Position numbers and translations under genes: made by a program. The notes beneath the pieces were generated by a model, which worked only from the letters and a program-made list of their open reading frames with translations, ran no database searches and was not told the origin of the DNA. Source: Candidatus Obscuribacterales bacterium (GTDB lineage Bacteria > Cyanobacteriota > Vampirovibrionia > Obscuribacterales > Obscuribacteraceae). From it: a stretch of DNA of 64,000 nucleotides. Of the stretch, positions 63,018-64,000 are shown in pieces. Each line of letters begins with the position of its first letter. The stretch's first letter is position 1. The stretch is from positions 2,269-66,268 of the forward strand of contig JAIEQI010000015.1 of assembly GCA_019747875.1 (NCBI GenBank), read 5' to 3'.

Positions 63018-63980
63018 ATGTCTCACAAACATGAAGCAGTCGTAAAACCATTTTCCGATGTGCATAATCAGGGCGGGAAGATAATCGCCACTTTGCTCCA
63101 TGATCCGACGGTGGAGGGGCTCGATGTAGCTCTATATATGGATGGCTCGGCGAGCATGGAAGACGAGTACGGGCCGCGCGGCGTTCTCGCGAAGCTGGCG
63201 CCGGTGAAGAATCTCGTTGAACCGCAAATGCGTTGGATGCTTGAGTACCTGGCAAACAAAGATCGCGACGGGGTTCTGCGGGTGGCCTACTGGGCGACAG
63301 GAGATGGCTCGCAGCTTGAAATTCTAGGTGACCTCGCTGGAAAGGATGCTCAGAACTACAAGTTTCCTGGTCCACAATACTATGGAAAAGGAACTGTCTT
63401 GCTGCCTGTTCTTCGCGATTATATTGCACATATTCGCAAAGAAGTGGACAAAGGCGCTAAGCGTGGTTTGGCTGTCATCATTACCGACAGCCAAATTCAT
63501 GATGCAGCTGATGTTAAGGCGTATGCAGCTCAGGTTGCGAAGGAAATCTCTGCTGGACGTTTGCCTCGCATAAATTTCGTGCTGGTTGGCGTTGGCGAGC
63601 AAGTCGATGAGGAGCAAATGGAGGAGATTTGCCACGGCGAATATCCTGGCATCGGACATTTGTGGTGTCATCGCATCGCGGACCGTATGGAAGAAATGGC
63701 GGAGCTCGTGGCTGTGCTCGTTGATTCAACCATGACGGTTGCGGCTGGCGGCACCATTTATGATGACAAAGGCAACATCCTGAAAGTCTACGAAGCACGC
63801 CTACCTGCGGTGCTTGAGTTCAACGTTCCAGAAGGATGTGAAGCTTTCACGTTGGAGGTCGCTGGGCAGAAGTTTACCCAGCCAATTCCTGATGAAGATC
63901 ATCACGATGAGGACGAAGACGAGGATCACCACGAATCCGCGCCTGCGGCAGCTGCTCCGCGCAGAGGTCATCAACACTAG
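63018..63980 (+). CDS. vWA-domain protein, paralogue 2 (complete MIDAS, acidic His-rich tail)
   Basis: YMDGSASM, GKGT and IITDSQIHD. EEICHGEYPGIGHLWCHR. Roughly 60% identical to paralogue 1 by eye. Tail reads DEDHHDEDEDEDHHES..RRGHQH. GGAGG upstream of the ATG. Confidence 0.8.
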   Translation: MSHKHEAVVKPFSDVHNQGGKIIATLLHDPTVEGLDVALYMDGSASMEDEYGPRGVLAKLAPVKNLVEPQMRWMLEYLANKDRDGVLRVAYWATGDGSQLEILGDLAGKDAQNYKFPGPQYYGKGTVLLPVLRDYIAHIRKEVDKGAKRGLAVIITDSQIHDAADVKAYAAQVAKEISAGRLPRINFVLVGVGEQVDEEQMEEICHGEYPGIGHLWCHRIADRMEEMAELVAVLVDSTMTVAAGGTIYDDKGNILKVYEARLPAVLEFNVPEGCEAFTLEVAGQKFTQPIPDEDHHDEDEDEDHHESAPAAAAPRRGHQH

Positions 63981-64000
63981 ACCCCGGAAATAAGAGAAAA

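Noticed and set aside
1-64000. Prophage, integrative element or transposon
   Set aside because: I recognised no integrase, transposase, recombinase, phage structural or conjugation gene in any frame. The dispersed repeats lack terminal-inverted-repeat-plus-transposase organisation.

Overview
This 64-kb window looks like bacterial chromosomal DNA of moderate GC (judged by eye, not computed) and is densely coding. I found no rRNA, convincing tRNA, CRISPR array, integrase or transposase. Housekeeping genes I recognise: an HSP90-family (HtpG-like) gene, kbl-tdh, etfB-etfA plus ETF:quinone oxidoreductase, a glgX-type isoamylase, GTP-dependent PEP carboxykinase, a NUDIX hydrolase, a VOC/PhnB-like protein, a yaiI-like gene, a PGRP-type amidase, a thioredoxin-like protein, a DUF885 protein, two alpha/beta hydrolases and two SAM methyltransferases. 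Between these lies a signalling-rich accessory layer. It holds two Hanks-type Ser/Thr kinases, one atypical kinase-like protein, a PAS histidine-kinase homologue that has lost its phospho-His and ATP-binding motifs, at least five TPR-rich proteins (one fused to an intact caspase domain), a LysM protein with a papain-like C-terminal motif set, and many orphans. The candidates most worth follow-up are listed here. (1) At the right edge, a 507-aa orphan with three DW[LM]xDF motifs is followed by twin vWA paralogues. (2) An apparent HD / TPR / TPR / kinase-like operon lies at 22.0-27.7 kb. (3) An exported TPR-caspase. (4) An HSP90 paralogue coupled to a Cys/His helical protein. (5) The glgX ORF carries a ~465-aa N-terminal extension with an HExxH motif. 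Intergenic DNA carries at least four families of short hairpin-forming dispersed repeats and one 59-60-nt tandem array. All functional calls rest on motif recognition by eye; no database search was run.
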